The notes under the pieces were generated by a model, which saw only the letters and a program-made list of their open reading frames with translations, had not been told where the DNA came from and made no database searches. Shown here piece after piece: positions 43,079-50,853 of a stretch of 64,000 bases of DNA (its first letter is position 1; every line of letters starts with the position of its first letter). The position numbers were made by a program, and so were the translations under genes. Source of the stretch: Nitrospinota bacterium (GTDB lineage Bacteria; UBA8248); contig JAYGFR010000103.1 in assembly GCA_046581755.1 (NCBI GenBank), positions 16,869 to 80,868 on the forward strand, given 5' to 3'.

Positions 43079-43477
43079 ATGTTCAACAAGGTGCACCACA
43101 TCGGCATCGCGGTGAAGGACATGGACGGGGCCATCGCCCTCTACAAGGGCGCGGGGGCGAAGCTGCTCGGACGCGAGTCCTCCAAGGACGGCAACGTGGA
43201 CCTCGCCATGCTCGATCTGGGCGGGGACCTGATCGAACCCCTCTCCCCCATTCGGGGAGAATCGGAAATCTCGAAATTCATCGAGCGCCACGAGGAGGGC
43301 GTCCACCACGTGGCCTATGAGGTGGACGACATCAAGGCCGAGATGGCCCGCCTGAAGGCGGAAGGGTTCAAGCTGATCGACGAGGTTCCCCGGCCCGGAT
43401 TCATGGGCCACATCATCGCCTTCATCGAACCCCAAAGCACGATGGGCACCCTCTGGGAACTGGTCGAGAAGGAATAG
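43079..43477 (+). CDS. mce: methylmalonyl-CoA epimerase (VOC family)
   Basis: The sequence reads MFNKVHHIGIAVKDMDGAIALYKGAGAKLL...GVHHVAYEVDDIKAEMARLKAEGFKLIDEVPRPG. Confidence 0.85.
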   Translation: MFNKVHHIGIAVKDMDGAIALYKGAGAKLLGRESSKDGNVDLAMLDLGGDLIEPLSPIRGESEISKFIERHEEGVHHVAYEVDDIKAEMARLKAEGFKLIDEVPRPGFMGHIIAFIEPQSTMGTLWELVEKE

Positions 43478-43506
43478 CCGCCGCGCCCGGGCCGGGATTC
43501 CGCCGC

Positions 43507-44331
43507 TCACCTCCGGGGCGGCTTGGAGGGCATCTCAACGATCCGGACTATGTGATCGCCGGAGACAGGGCGCCCGCCCTGCCTGCGCTGGATCCCCCAG
43601 CCCTTGAGGCGAAAGGTCCGGCCCGGAGCCGTTCGGGGCGGAATCTCGACGTGGGCGGCGCCCCGGACGGTGAAGACGCGCACGGTTCCCCCGGCGATCA
43701 GGCGGAACCGGGGGACGCCCACCTCGCTGTGCACGTCGAGGCCGCGCCGCTCCAAGGCGGGATGGCGCGCCGAGGTCACCGTGAGAACCAGGTCTCCCGG
43801 CCTGCCCCCCGCGCTGCCAGGAGCCCCCTCCATGGGAACCCGGACCTTCTCCCCGTCCTCGAGGCCGGAGGGAAGGAGGGCGTTCACGAGCGCCTCCTCG
43901 AATATCTCGCCCGCCCCGCCGCACACCTTGCACGATCCCACCCCGGACGCCTCGGACAACCCGGGCGACCCGCCGCAATCCGGGCAGGCGAAGGGCCGCT
44001 GTATCCGGACGCCGACCTCACCGCCCGCAGCCGCCTCGAGGAAATCCACCATGATGTCGAAGTGAAGATCGCGCCCCCGCGCCGACAGGTCGTCCGAGGC
44101 GTCCAGGGTGGGGGGTGCATCCTCTCCCGCCCCCGAGATCAGCGCCTGGTAGGCCTCGCCGATCTCCTTGAAGCGCGCCTCCATTTCCAGCTGGCCGGCG
44201 TGGCGATCCGGATGAAATTCGAAGGCCAGCCGCCGGTAGGCGCGGTGAATATCCTCCTGCGCGGCGGTCCCCGAGAGGCCCAGAATCGCAAGTGCGCTCT
44301 TTTTCGAAATCGGAGGCGGTTTGGGAGACAA
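43507..44331 (-). CDS. DnaJ-domain protein with CR-type zinc finger (CbpA/DnaJ-like)
   Basis: A TTG start is proposed 4 nt after a GAAGGAGGGAG ribosome-binding site. The J domain reads ILGLSGTAAQEDIHRAYRRLAFEFHPDR. A CxxCxG zinc-finger segment (CPDCGGSPG...CKVCGGAG) and a DnaJ-type C-terminal region follow. The 543-aa ORF-track version includes a spurious N-terminus that overlaps the EamA gene. Confidence 0.7.
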   Translation of the reverse strand: MSPKPPPISKKSALAILGLSGTAAQEDIHRAYRRLAFEFHPDRHAGQLEMEARFKEIGEAYQALISGAGEDAPPTLDASDDLSARGRDLHFDIMVDFLEAAAGGEVGVRIQRPFACPDCGGSPGLSEASGVGSCKVCGGAGEIFEEALVNALLPSGLEDGEKVRVPMEGAPGSAGGRPGDLVLTVTSARHPALERRGLDVHSEVGVPRFRLIAGGTVRVFTVRGAAHVEIPPRTAPGRTFRLKGWGIQRRQGGRPVSGDHIVRIVEMPSKPPRR

Positions 44332-44432
44332 GGGGCTCCCTCCTTCGGGCGGAGGCGCGAAATGCGCCCGCCCCCCTATTTTTTCACCGATTCGCCAGGA
44401 GTCAAGGGGGGGGGCGGCGGTCGGGCCGACCC

Positions 44433-45308
44433 TCAGGGCGCGTTCACGGCGATCAGGACCACCCCGAGGAACAAGGCGATGGCGCCCACCCACTTCTGCC
44501 AGGTCAGGATTTCCTCGTCCCGGAGCCAGATCCGGGTGAAGATGAGGGCGAACAGCGGCGCGGCGTAGCCGATCGGGACGACGATGGAGACCGCCCCGAA
44601 CTGGAAGGCCGAAAAGAAGACGAGGAACGAGAGCGAATTGAGGAGCCCGGTGAGAATCATCATCTTGTGGCCGCCCGGCTCGATGCGCCACCGCTCCTCG
44701 GGGGGAAGGAACGGCAGGAACACGAGCAAGGCGGGCAAGGACGCGAGGCTCGCGATGATGATGCCGATTAGAATGTCCGGGAACAGCAAAAGGGAAAACC
44801 GGCGCGACGTCGAGGCGAAGGCCATGACGATCGAATGCGCGACCGGAAGGAGGAGAAAAATCCGCCGCCAGTCCCTGTCGCGCTCGGGTTTGAGGGCGAT
44901 GAGAAAACACCCCGAAACCACCAGGGCGGTGGCCCCGAAAATGGCCGGGCCCGGCCGCTCGCGCAGCCAGAGGATCGCCACCATCGTCGAGAGGAACGGG
45001 GTCATCGTGATCAGCGGCATCGCCCGGCCCACCCCGACATACTTGATGGCGAGGTAGACCAGCGGGCGCGCCAGGCCGGGAGCCAGAAACCCGGTCAGCG
45101 AGAACCAAAGGACCGCCTCCCAGGTGAGTTTTCCCCAATCCGAGAAATAGAGAGAAAGGGCGAACATCACCGGCAGGCCGACCACGACGGAAATCAGCGA
45201 GGCCGAAAGGGCGCTGCCCAGGTGCATGGCCTTTCGGGCCATGACGCTGAACGCCCCGAATGTTATCGCCGCGGAGATGGCCAGCCCGATGGCGATATAG
45301 TTGTTCAA
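44433..45308 (-). CDS. EamA / DMT-family transporter
   Basis: It has 10 predicted TM segments in two EamA repeats (MNNYIAIGLAISAAITFGAFSV...). Confidence 0.8.
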   Translation of the reverse strand: MNNYIAIGLAISAAITFGAFSVMARKAMHLGSALSASLISVVVGLPVMFALSLYFSDWGKLTWEAVLWFSLTGFLAPGLARPLVYLAIKYVGVGRAMPLITMTPFLSTMVAILWLRERPGPAIFGATALVVSGCFLIALKPERDRDWRRIFLLLPVAHSIVMAFASTSRRFSLLLFPDILIGIIIASLASLPALLVFLPFLPPEERWRIEPGGHKMMILTGLLNSLSFLVFFSAFQFGAVSIVVPIGYAAPLFALIFTRIWLRDEEILTWQKWVGAIALFLGVVLIAVNAP

Positions 45309-45468
45309 GGCGAACCCCTGGGTTTCGAAAATGAAACGCGCGCGGGCGAGCCGCGCGTTCGGGCCGATGGGGGCGAACGGGAATGAGGCGGAAGCCCGGA
45401 GCGCCTGGCTCCCACCCCGGCTCCTCTAATGAATGGCTGGCCCGCCAGGTGGAAGATGGCCCGCCGGG

Positions 45469-46692
45469 CTAGAAGTAGGTCTGCCCGGGCTCGACGGGGG
45501 GCGTCCACTCGCAATCGCCGAAGGGCCCATCGCCGTTTTCCTTCACGTAGGCGATCCGGTCATCGTTTACCTTGCTCTCGAATAGGGCGCGGTGGAGCCA
45601 ATCGAGGATGTAATGATGGTTGTCCAGCCCGCCCAGGTTCGTCAGGTTCACCAGCGGGTGGAACTGGTTCTCGAACACCCACATTTCCTTTTTGCAAGTT
45701 AGATCGCTGTAGACCTCGATCGCGTCCTCGAGCGGGCAGAGGGGATCGAACTCGCCCGTGACGAGCAGGGTGGGACACGCCACCTTGTCCATGTAGCCCT
45801 TGACGGTCATCGTCCGGGCCATCTCGTCGAATTCATCCTCGTCCGATATGCCCGCCATGTACATGAACACCTGCTTAAAGCGGGGGCTGGACTGGGTGAA
45901 GATGGTGTTGTTCGGGTTGAAGCAGGCCACGGCACTCGCCACGGCCGCGATCCGGCGGTCGTAGCTCGCGAGGCGGAGGGACCAGAAGCTACCCATGCTG
46001 ATTCCGTAGATGCCGATCTTCGAGGGTTCGACCTCCTCGCGCCCCAGCAGGTATTCGATGACGGCGGCGCCGGCGCGCTCGTAATTGTCCCCCACCGCGC
46101 GGATCTTCTGGATGTTCGAGTCCCCCTGTCCGGGGCCGTCCATGGTGATGACGTGGAAACCCCGCTCGGCGGCCACGTTGTGGCGCGCGTGGGGGAACGA
46201 CTCCTTGGTCTGGTCCATGCCCGGAACGTAGATGATGCAGGGCGCCTTCCGCCGGTCGGGCAGGAGATGGAGCAGGCAGGAGATCGTCTTCCCGTCGTCG
46301 AAGGGAATCTGAACGCGCTCGATGGGATAGGAGGCGACCTCCGAGCGGCGGTCCACCATCTCCTTGAGTTTATCGCAGAGATATATTTTCACCGGGTTGT
46401 CGTCGTAGAAGATCGGGTGCTGCGCCATCCGGTAGGCCTCGACGGCGTGATCGTAGTGCTCGGTGGCGGTGTGGTTGAACCCTTCGGCCTGGGCTTTTTT
46501 GGCGAGCTTCTCGTGGAACTCGGCCGATTCGCGCCAGACCTTGGGGAGCATCTGATAGTTGTGCGCCCGCTTTCCGCCGGGGACCTCCAGGTAGTCGCGC
46601 TCAAAATTCTGCACGCGCCCGCGCATGTTGAGCGCCAGGTCGAGCATCCACTGTTGGCTGTCGCGTTCGGTTCTGAGTTTCCGGATTGCCAT
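45469..46692 (-). CDS. alpha/beta hydrolase (dienelactone-hydrolase / 2,6-dihydroxypseudooxynicotine-hydrolase-like)
   Basis: It has a nucleophile elbow (GISMGS) and the motifs PCIIYVPGMDQTKE ... TGEFDPLCP. The start is taken at MAIRKL. Confidence 0.65.
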   Translation of the reverse strand: MAIRKLRTERDSQQWMLDLALNMRGRVQNFERDYLEVPGGKRAHNYQMLPKVWRESAEFHEKLAKKAQAEGFNHTATEHYDHAVEAYRMAQHPIFYDDNPVKIYLCDKLKEMVDRRSEVASYPIERVQIPFDDGKTISCLLHLLPDRRKAPCIIYVPGMDQTKESFPHARHNVAAERGFHVITMDGPGQGDSNIQKIRAVGDNYERAGAAVIEYLLGREEVEPSKIGIYGISMGSFWSLRLASYDRRIAAVASAVACFNPNNTIFTQSSPRFKQVFMYMAGISDEDEFDEMARTMTVKGYMDKVACPTLLVTGEFDPLCPLEDAIEVYSDLTCKKEMWVFENQFHPLVNLTNLGGLDNHHYILDWLHRALFESKVNDDRIAYVKENGDGPFGDCEWTPPVEPGQTYF

Positions 46693-46868
46693 TGCACATC
46701 TCCTGAAAAGAGCCGCACCGGCGAGCCGCGCCGGCAAGCCGCCGGCGGTGGAAGTGTTCCGAGTCGGTGCCTCGATGGGATAAGAAACCAGCCAAATGGT
46801 ACGGCCACCCATGGAAGAGATCAACGAAGATAGCCGTTCGGGGGCCGAACTAAATATCGGGAGGAAAA

Positions 46869-48038
46869 CTAGTAAACGACGCCCTCATCGCGGAGGGCGT
46901 CGATCTCACCGGTCGAATAACCTTCCTCGGCCAGAACCTCGCCGGTGTGCTCGCCGAGGAGGGGGGGGGCGCCCTTCCGCGTCGAGGCGGCATCGAGGCG
47001 GTAGGGCGCCCCTATCATCTGGAGGGTTCCGAGTTCCGGGTGGGTTTCCCGGGTCAAAAAACCCATGGCGCGCATCTGCTCATCCTCGAGCAGGGCCGAG
47101 GACGGCCTTACCCTGGCGCTGGGAACCCCGGCCTCCTGGAAAAGGACGACCCATTCATCCGCGGATTTTTCCATGAGAATTTTTTGCACCTCGCCGATGA
47201 TTGCATCGCGGTCAGCGTGGCGCCCGAGGTGGGTCGCGTAGGCGGGCTCGTTTTTCATCGCCTCCAGGCCCAGCACGTCCAGCGCCCGCTCCCAGAAACC
47301 GTCCGCGTCCATGTACACGTAGAATCGCCCGTCGGCCGAGTCGTAAATCCGCGCGATCCGGTCGCTCAGGGCGTCCCGCACATTATCGAGCGGCTCGCGC
47401 TCGGAGGCCCACACGAGCCGGCCCATCTGCATGGCGGCGGCGCTCCCCAGCAGGCAGGCGTCGATATACTGGCCCCGCCCGGTGCGTTCGCGCTCTAGGA
47501 GCGCCATCGTCACGGCGTTTACCGCGAGCGCCCCGGTGAAGTAGTCCACGAAGTGGCCCTGGACCAGCCGGGGCTCGCCGTTCTCGGTCTGCTGGGAGGG
47601 AATTCCGGCGTCGGTCTGAAGAATGGGGTCGAGCCCCCGCCGGGCCCGGAGGGGCCCCTTCTGTCCGTAGGCCGAGATAGAAGCGTAGACGAGCCGGGGG
47701 TTGATTCGGGAGAGCGTCTCGTAGCCGAGCCCGAGATCATCGGCGACGCCGGGGCGGTTTCCCTCGATGAATACGTCGGCGCCCTCCGCCATGCGGAGGA
47801 CGATCTCCCGGCCCCGCTTTTTCTTGAGATCGATGGCGAGGCTGCGTTTGCTCCGGTTGAGGCCGAGGAAGAGGCGGCTGCCTCCCTCGAGGGTGGAGGG
47901 AAAGTAGCGGATGGTGTCCCCGCCGGGCGGTTCGATCTTCACCACGTCCGCCCCGCCGTCGGCCAGCAAGAGCGTACAGAACGGCCCCGCCACGTAGTGG
48001 GTCAGGTCGAGAACGCGGACCCCGTCGAGCGCACCCAA
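46869..48038 (-). CDS. CoA transferase family III (CaiB/BaiF)
   Basis: The sequence reads MGALDGVRVLDLTHYVAGPFCTLLLADGGADVVKIEPPGGD... Confidence 0.85.
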   Translation of the reverse strand: MGALDGVRVLDLTHYVAGPFCTLLLADGGADVVKIEPPGGDTIRYFPSTLEGGSRLFLGLNRSKRSLAIDLKKKRGREIVLRMAEGADVFIEGNRPGVADDLGLGYETLSRINPRLVYASISAYGQKGPLRARRGLDPILQTDAGIPSQQTENGEPRLVQGHFVDYFTGALAVNAVTMALLERERTGRGQYIDACLLGSAAAMQMGRLVWASEREPLDNVRDALSDRIARIYDSADGRFYVYMDADGFWERALDVLGLEAMKNEPAYATHLGRHADRDAIIGEVQKILMEKSADEWVVLFQEAGVPSARVRPSSALLEDEQMRAMGFLTRETHPELGTLQMIGAPYRLDAASTRKGAPPLLGEHTGEVLAEEGYSTGEIDALRDEGVVY

Positions 48039-48181
48039 CTCAGGCCTCCCGCGCGCGCCGGACCGGCGGTGGGCCCTCGGAAGCGCCCGCGCACGATTTC
48101 GATTTCACCGGCGAGCTTTTCATTGCCGCGCTCCAGAAGGACGAAGAAGTGCTCGCTCCACCCCCGGCCACTTTTTCCTCT

Positions 48182-48237
48182 TCGCCGAAATTCTCGACCT
48201 CGCCAAATTTTTCGACTTCGCCGAATTTTTCCAACTC
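48182..48237. repeat. three degenerate 18-bp direct repeats in the qor / CoA-transferase intergenic region
   Basis: The copies tcgccgaaattctcgacc, tcgccaaatttttcgact and tcgccgaatttttccaact lie upstream of the minus-strand CoA transferase start. Confidence 0.4.
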
Positions 48238-48313
48238 AAAGATGCACCCTCTCCCGTTTCGGCCGAATCGCAACCCCGCCCATATCTCCTCGCGCGGCTG
48301 CTTTTGAAACGGG

Positions 48314-49288
48314 TCACACCTTCAAAACGATTTTTCCCGCCACCTTGCCCGTCATCAGAACCTCGTGGGCGCGCGCCGCCTCGGCGAGGGGGATCTCCTC
48401 GCCGACGAGGGCGCGGACCTTTCCCTGCTCGAGGAGGTAGTTCACCTGACGGATCATGTCGGGGAACACGGCGTCCGTATTAAAGAGGCTCATCCCGCGC
48501 ACGTCGATGTCCTTCGAGTAGAAGGGCGGGTAGGTGACCGAACCCACCATGCTCTTTCCAGTCCCGGCGCCCAGAAGCACCATCGTCCCGCCCTTTTTGA
48601 GCGCCCGGCAGCTTTCGTCGAAATTCTCGGCCGAGACCATCTCGATGACCACGTCCACCCCCACCCCGCCACTCTCGGCGACGCAGCGGTCGGCGAAATC
48701 TTCCTCGCGGTAGTTCACCACCACGTCCGCGCCCAGCGACTCGGCAACGGCGGCCTTTTCCTTTGAACTGACCGTCGTGATGACGCGGGCGCCGGCCGCC
48801 TTGGCGATCTGAATTGCCATCGACCCCACGCCCCCCGCGCCGGCGTGGACGAGTATTGTCTGGCCGGGCTGAATCCCAGCCTTGACGACAACGGCGTTAA
48901 AAGCCGTATAGAGCACCACCGGGAACGAGGCGCACTCCTCGAACGAGAGGTTCGAGGGAATCCGGGCGGTCCGCAGGCCGTTCAGCGCGGTCTTTTCCGC
49001 ATAGCTTCCGGTCATGGCCGCCCCGAACACGCGGTCCCCCGCCCCGAACCCCTCAACACCCTCGCCCACCTCGATCACCTCGCCAGCCGCGTCGATTCCG
49101 GGCGTCCAGGGAAGTTTGAGGGATTTCGAGAGCGGATGAGCGCCCGAGCGGAAGGTGGTGTCCACCGGATTCACCCCGGCCGCCCGCACCTGGATAAGCA
49201 GCTGACCCGGACCGGCCGAAGGCTCCTCCGCCTCCTCGAATTTCATCACTTCGGGTCCGCCGAATTCGTGAACCTGAATCGCTTTCAT
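48314..49288 (-). CDS. zinc-binding NADPH:quinone oxidoreductase (MDR family), third paralog
   Basis: The sequence reads MKAIQVHEFGGPEVMKFEEAEEPSAGPGQLLIQVRAAGVNPVDTTFRSG...ILVHAGAGGVGSMAIQIA. Confidence 0.85.
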   Translation of the reverse strand: MKAIQVHEFGGPEVMKFEEAEEPSAGPGQLLIQVRAAGVNPVDTTFRSGAHPLSKSLKLPWTPGIDAAGEVIEVGEGVEGFGAGDRVFGAAMTGSYAEKTALNGLRTARIPSNLSFEECASFPVVLYTAFNAVVVKAGIQPGQTILVHAGAGGVGSMAIQIAKAAGARVITTVSSKEKAAVAESLGADVVVNYREEDFADRCVAESGGVGVDVVIEMVSAENFDESCRALKKGGTMVLLGAGTGKSMVGSVTYPPFYSKDIDVRGMSLFNTDAVFPDMIRQVNYLLEQGKVRALVGEEIPLAEAARAHEVLMTGKVAGKIVLKV

Positions 49289-49493
49289 GCCGCCTCCTCC
49301 CGGAATGGCCCCGTAAACGCGAGGAAGTCCATTCTAAAAACAGAGTGAAATATCCGTTGAAATGGAAGGCGCTCCAACAGCGGCGCCACGGGCCCGGAGC
49401 CCTTTGTTTATTTGCGATCAGCGAGGATCAACCCTTAGCACACTACCGCCGGGCTGCCCACCCGATCCGGGCCAAACTTCGAACTCTTGATCT

Positions 49494-49521
49494 TGACATT
49501 CCGCTCCGGCGGGCGATAATG
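49494..49521 (+). promoter_or_regulatory. candidate sigma70-type promoter for the TAXI-TRAP operon
   Basis: A TTGACA hexamer at 49494-49499 is followed by GATAAT at 49515-49520 after a 15-16 nt spacer. About 165 nt of 5' UTR lies between it and the ATG at 49689. Confidence 0.4.
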
Positions 49522-49688
49522 GCTGACATAATGCACACATGAAGGAAACGGTTTGGAATAATCCGATTTTCACCGGATCGTCTCTGTTGCGTTTTGGTTC
49601 CACCTTCGCCGGTCTGCCGCCCATTGGGAATCCAATCAGCGGACAGAGTTGATCAGCCGGCAATTCTTTTATCGGGAGGAGTTTCCGC

Positions 49689-50705
49689 ATGAAAAGAACA
49701 ACGACTCTGCTGATCGCGGCCGCCGTGGCCGCCGCGTTCGCCTCGGCACCGGCCATGGCGGCGGAGCGCTACCGCTTCGGCGGCGGCCCCTCGGGCGGCG
49801 CCTGGCACCCCTCCATCAGCGCCGGCACCCAGCTTCTCAACCGCAAAATTGGCAAAAAATTCTACTTCCAGTACTCCCCCTCGGCGGGTTCGGTCGCCAA
49901 CGTGCGCCGGGTGAGCCTGGGCGAGTTCGCCACCGCATGGGGCCACGTGGGCCAAGTTTACCAGTCATGGACCGGGACCGGCCTCTTCAAGAAGGACGGG
50001 GCCAGCAAGGACTTCCGCATCGTCGCCAACGTGCGGAAACAGTCGCAGGTCATCGCCGTCCTGGCCGACACTCCGGTGAAATCGTTCTCCGACATGGCCG
50101 GAAAAGTCGTGAACCTGCTCAAACAGGGCACGGGAAGCCACGTGAACTGCCGGAACATTTTCTCCACTCTCGGGCTTTATAACAACGCCAACCCCAAGGC
50201 CTCGAAAATCAAGCCGCGCTATCTGGGCTTCTCCGCAGCGGGCCGCGCCCTCGGCGACCGCCAGATCGACGTCTTCTGCTCGGCCGGCGCCCCCTTTACG
50301 ATTCCGGCCGTCACCCGTATTTCCATCCGCAAGGCGGTCCGCTACATCGGCCTGACGGTAGCGGAGCAGAAGAAAATCACGAGTAAATTCAAGTTCTACT
50401 CGCCGGTTACCATTCCCGTGCAGAAGGAAGTGCGGGGAATGAAGTCGCCCGCCCGCTCCATCGCCTACGACGTGTGGTGGATCGCGCATAAGCAGATGTC
50501 CAACGCCGCCGTCTACAATATGCTCAAGGTGATCGCCAGCCCGGCAAACCTCAAGCAGCTCACCAAGACAGCCCGCTACTGGCGGGATCTGGGCGGAAAC
50601 TTCAACTCCCTCATACAGCACAAGATCTGGGTCCATCCCGCCGCCGCGCGCTACTGGAAAGAGCGCGGCGTGAACGTGCCGGCAGAGGTGGTAAAAGGGT
50701 TCTAG
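49689..50705 (+). CDS. TAXI-family TRAP transporter solute-binding subunit
   Basis: It has a signal peptide (MKRTTTLLIAAAVAAAFASAPAMA) followed by GGGPSGGAWHPSISAGTQLL, the TAXI / NMT1-like periplasmic binding fold. Confidence 0.8.
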   Translation: MKRTTTLLIAAAVAAAFASAPAMAAERYRFGGGPSGGAWHPSISAGTQLLNRKIGKKFYFQYSPSAGSVANVRRVSLGEFATAWGHVGQVYQSWTGTGLFKKDGASKDFRIVANVRKQSQVIAVLADTPVKSFSDMAGKVVNLLKQGTGSHVNCRNIFSTLGLYNNANPKASKIKPRYLGFSAAGRALGDRQIDVFCSAGAPFTIPAVTRISIRKAVRYIGLTVAEQKKITSKFKFYSPVTIPVQKEVRGMKSPARSIAYDVWWIAHKQMSNAAVYNMLKVIASPANLKQLTKTARYWRDLGGNFNSLIQHKIWVHPAAARYWKERGVNVPAEVVKGF

Positions 50706-50853
50706 GGAAATCTCTCCCGGCACTCTATGCGCGCCGGTGAACCGGGGCAGGATTCAGGGAAGGGGGGTGGAGACGATCCGCCTCCCTTCCCGCCCCTGAA
50801 ATTCAATCTTTTTTTCATAGCCGCGAAGGCAAATCGCCCTCCAAGGGAATCCC

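Noticed and set aside
36498-44331. TTG start codons for the ComD-like alpha subunit and the DnaJ-like gene, as a possible anomaly
   Set aside because: Both have strong Shine-Dalgarno sequences at correct spacing. TTG starts are ordinary in high-GC bacteria, so they were used only to refine gene boundaries.
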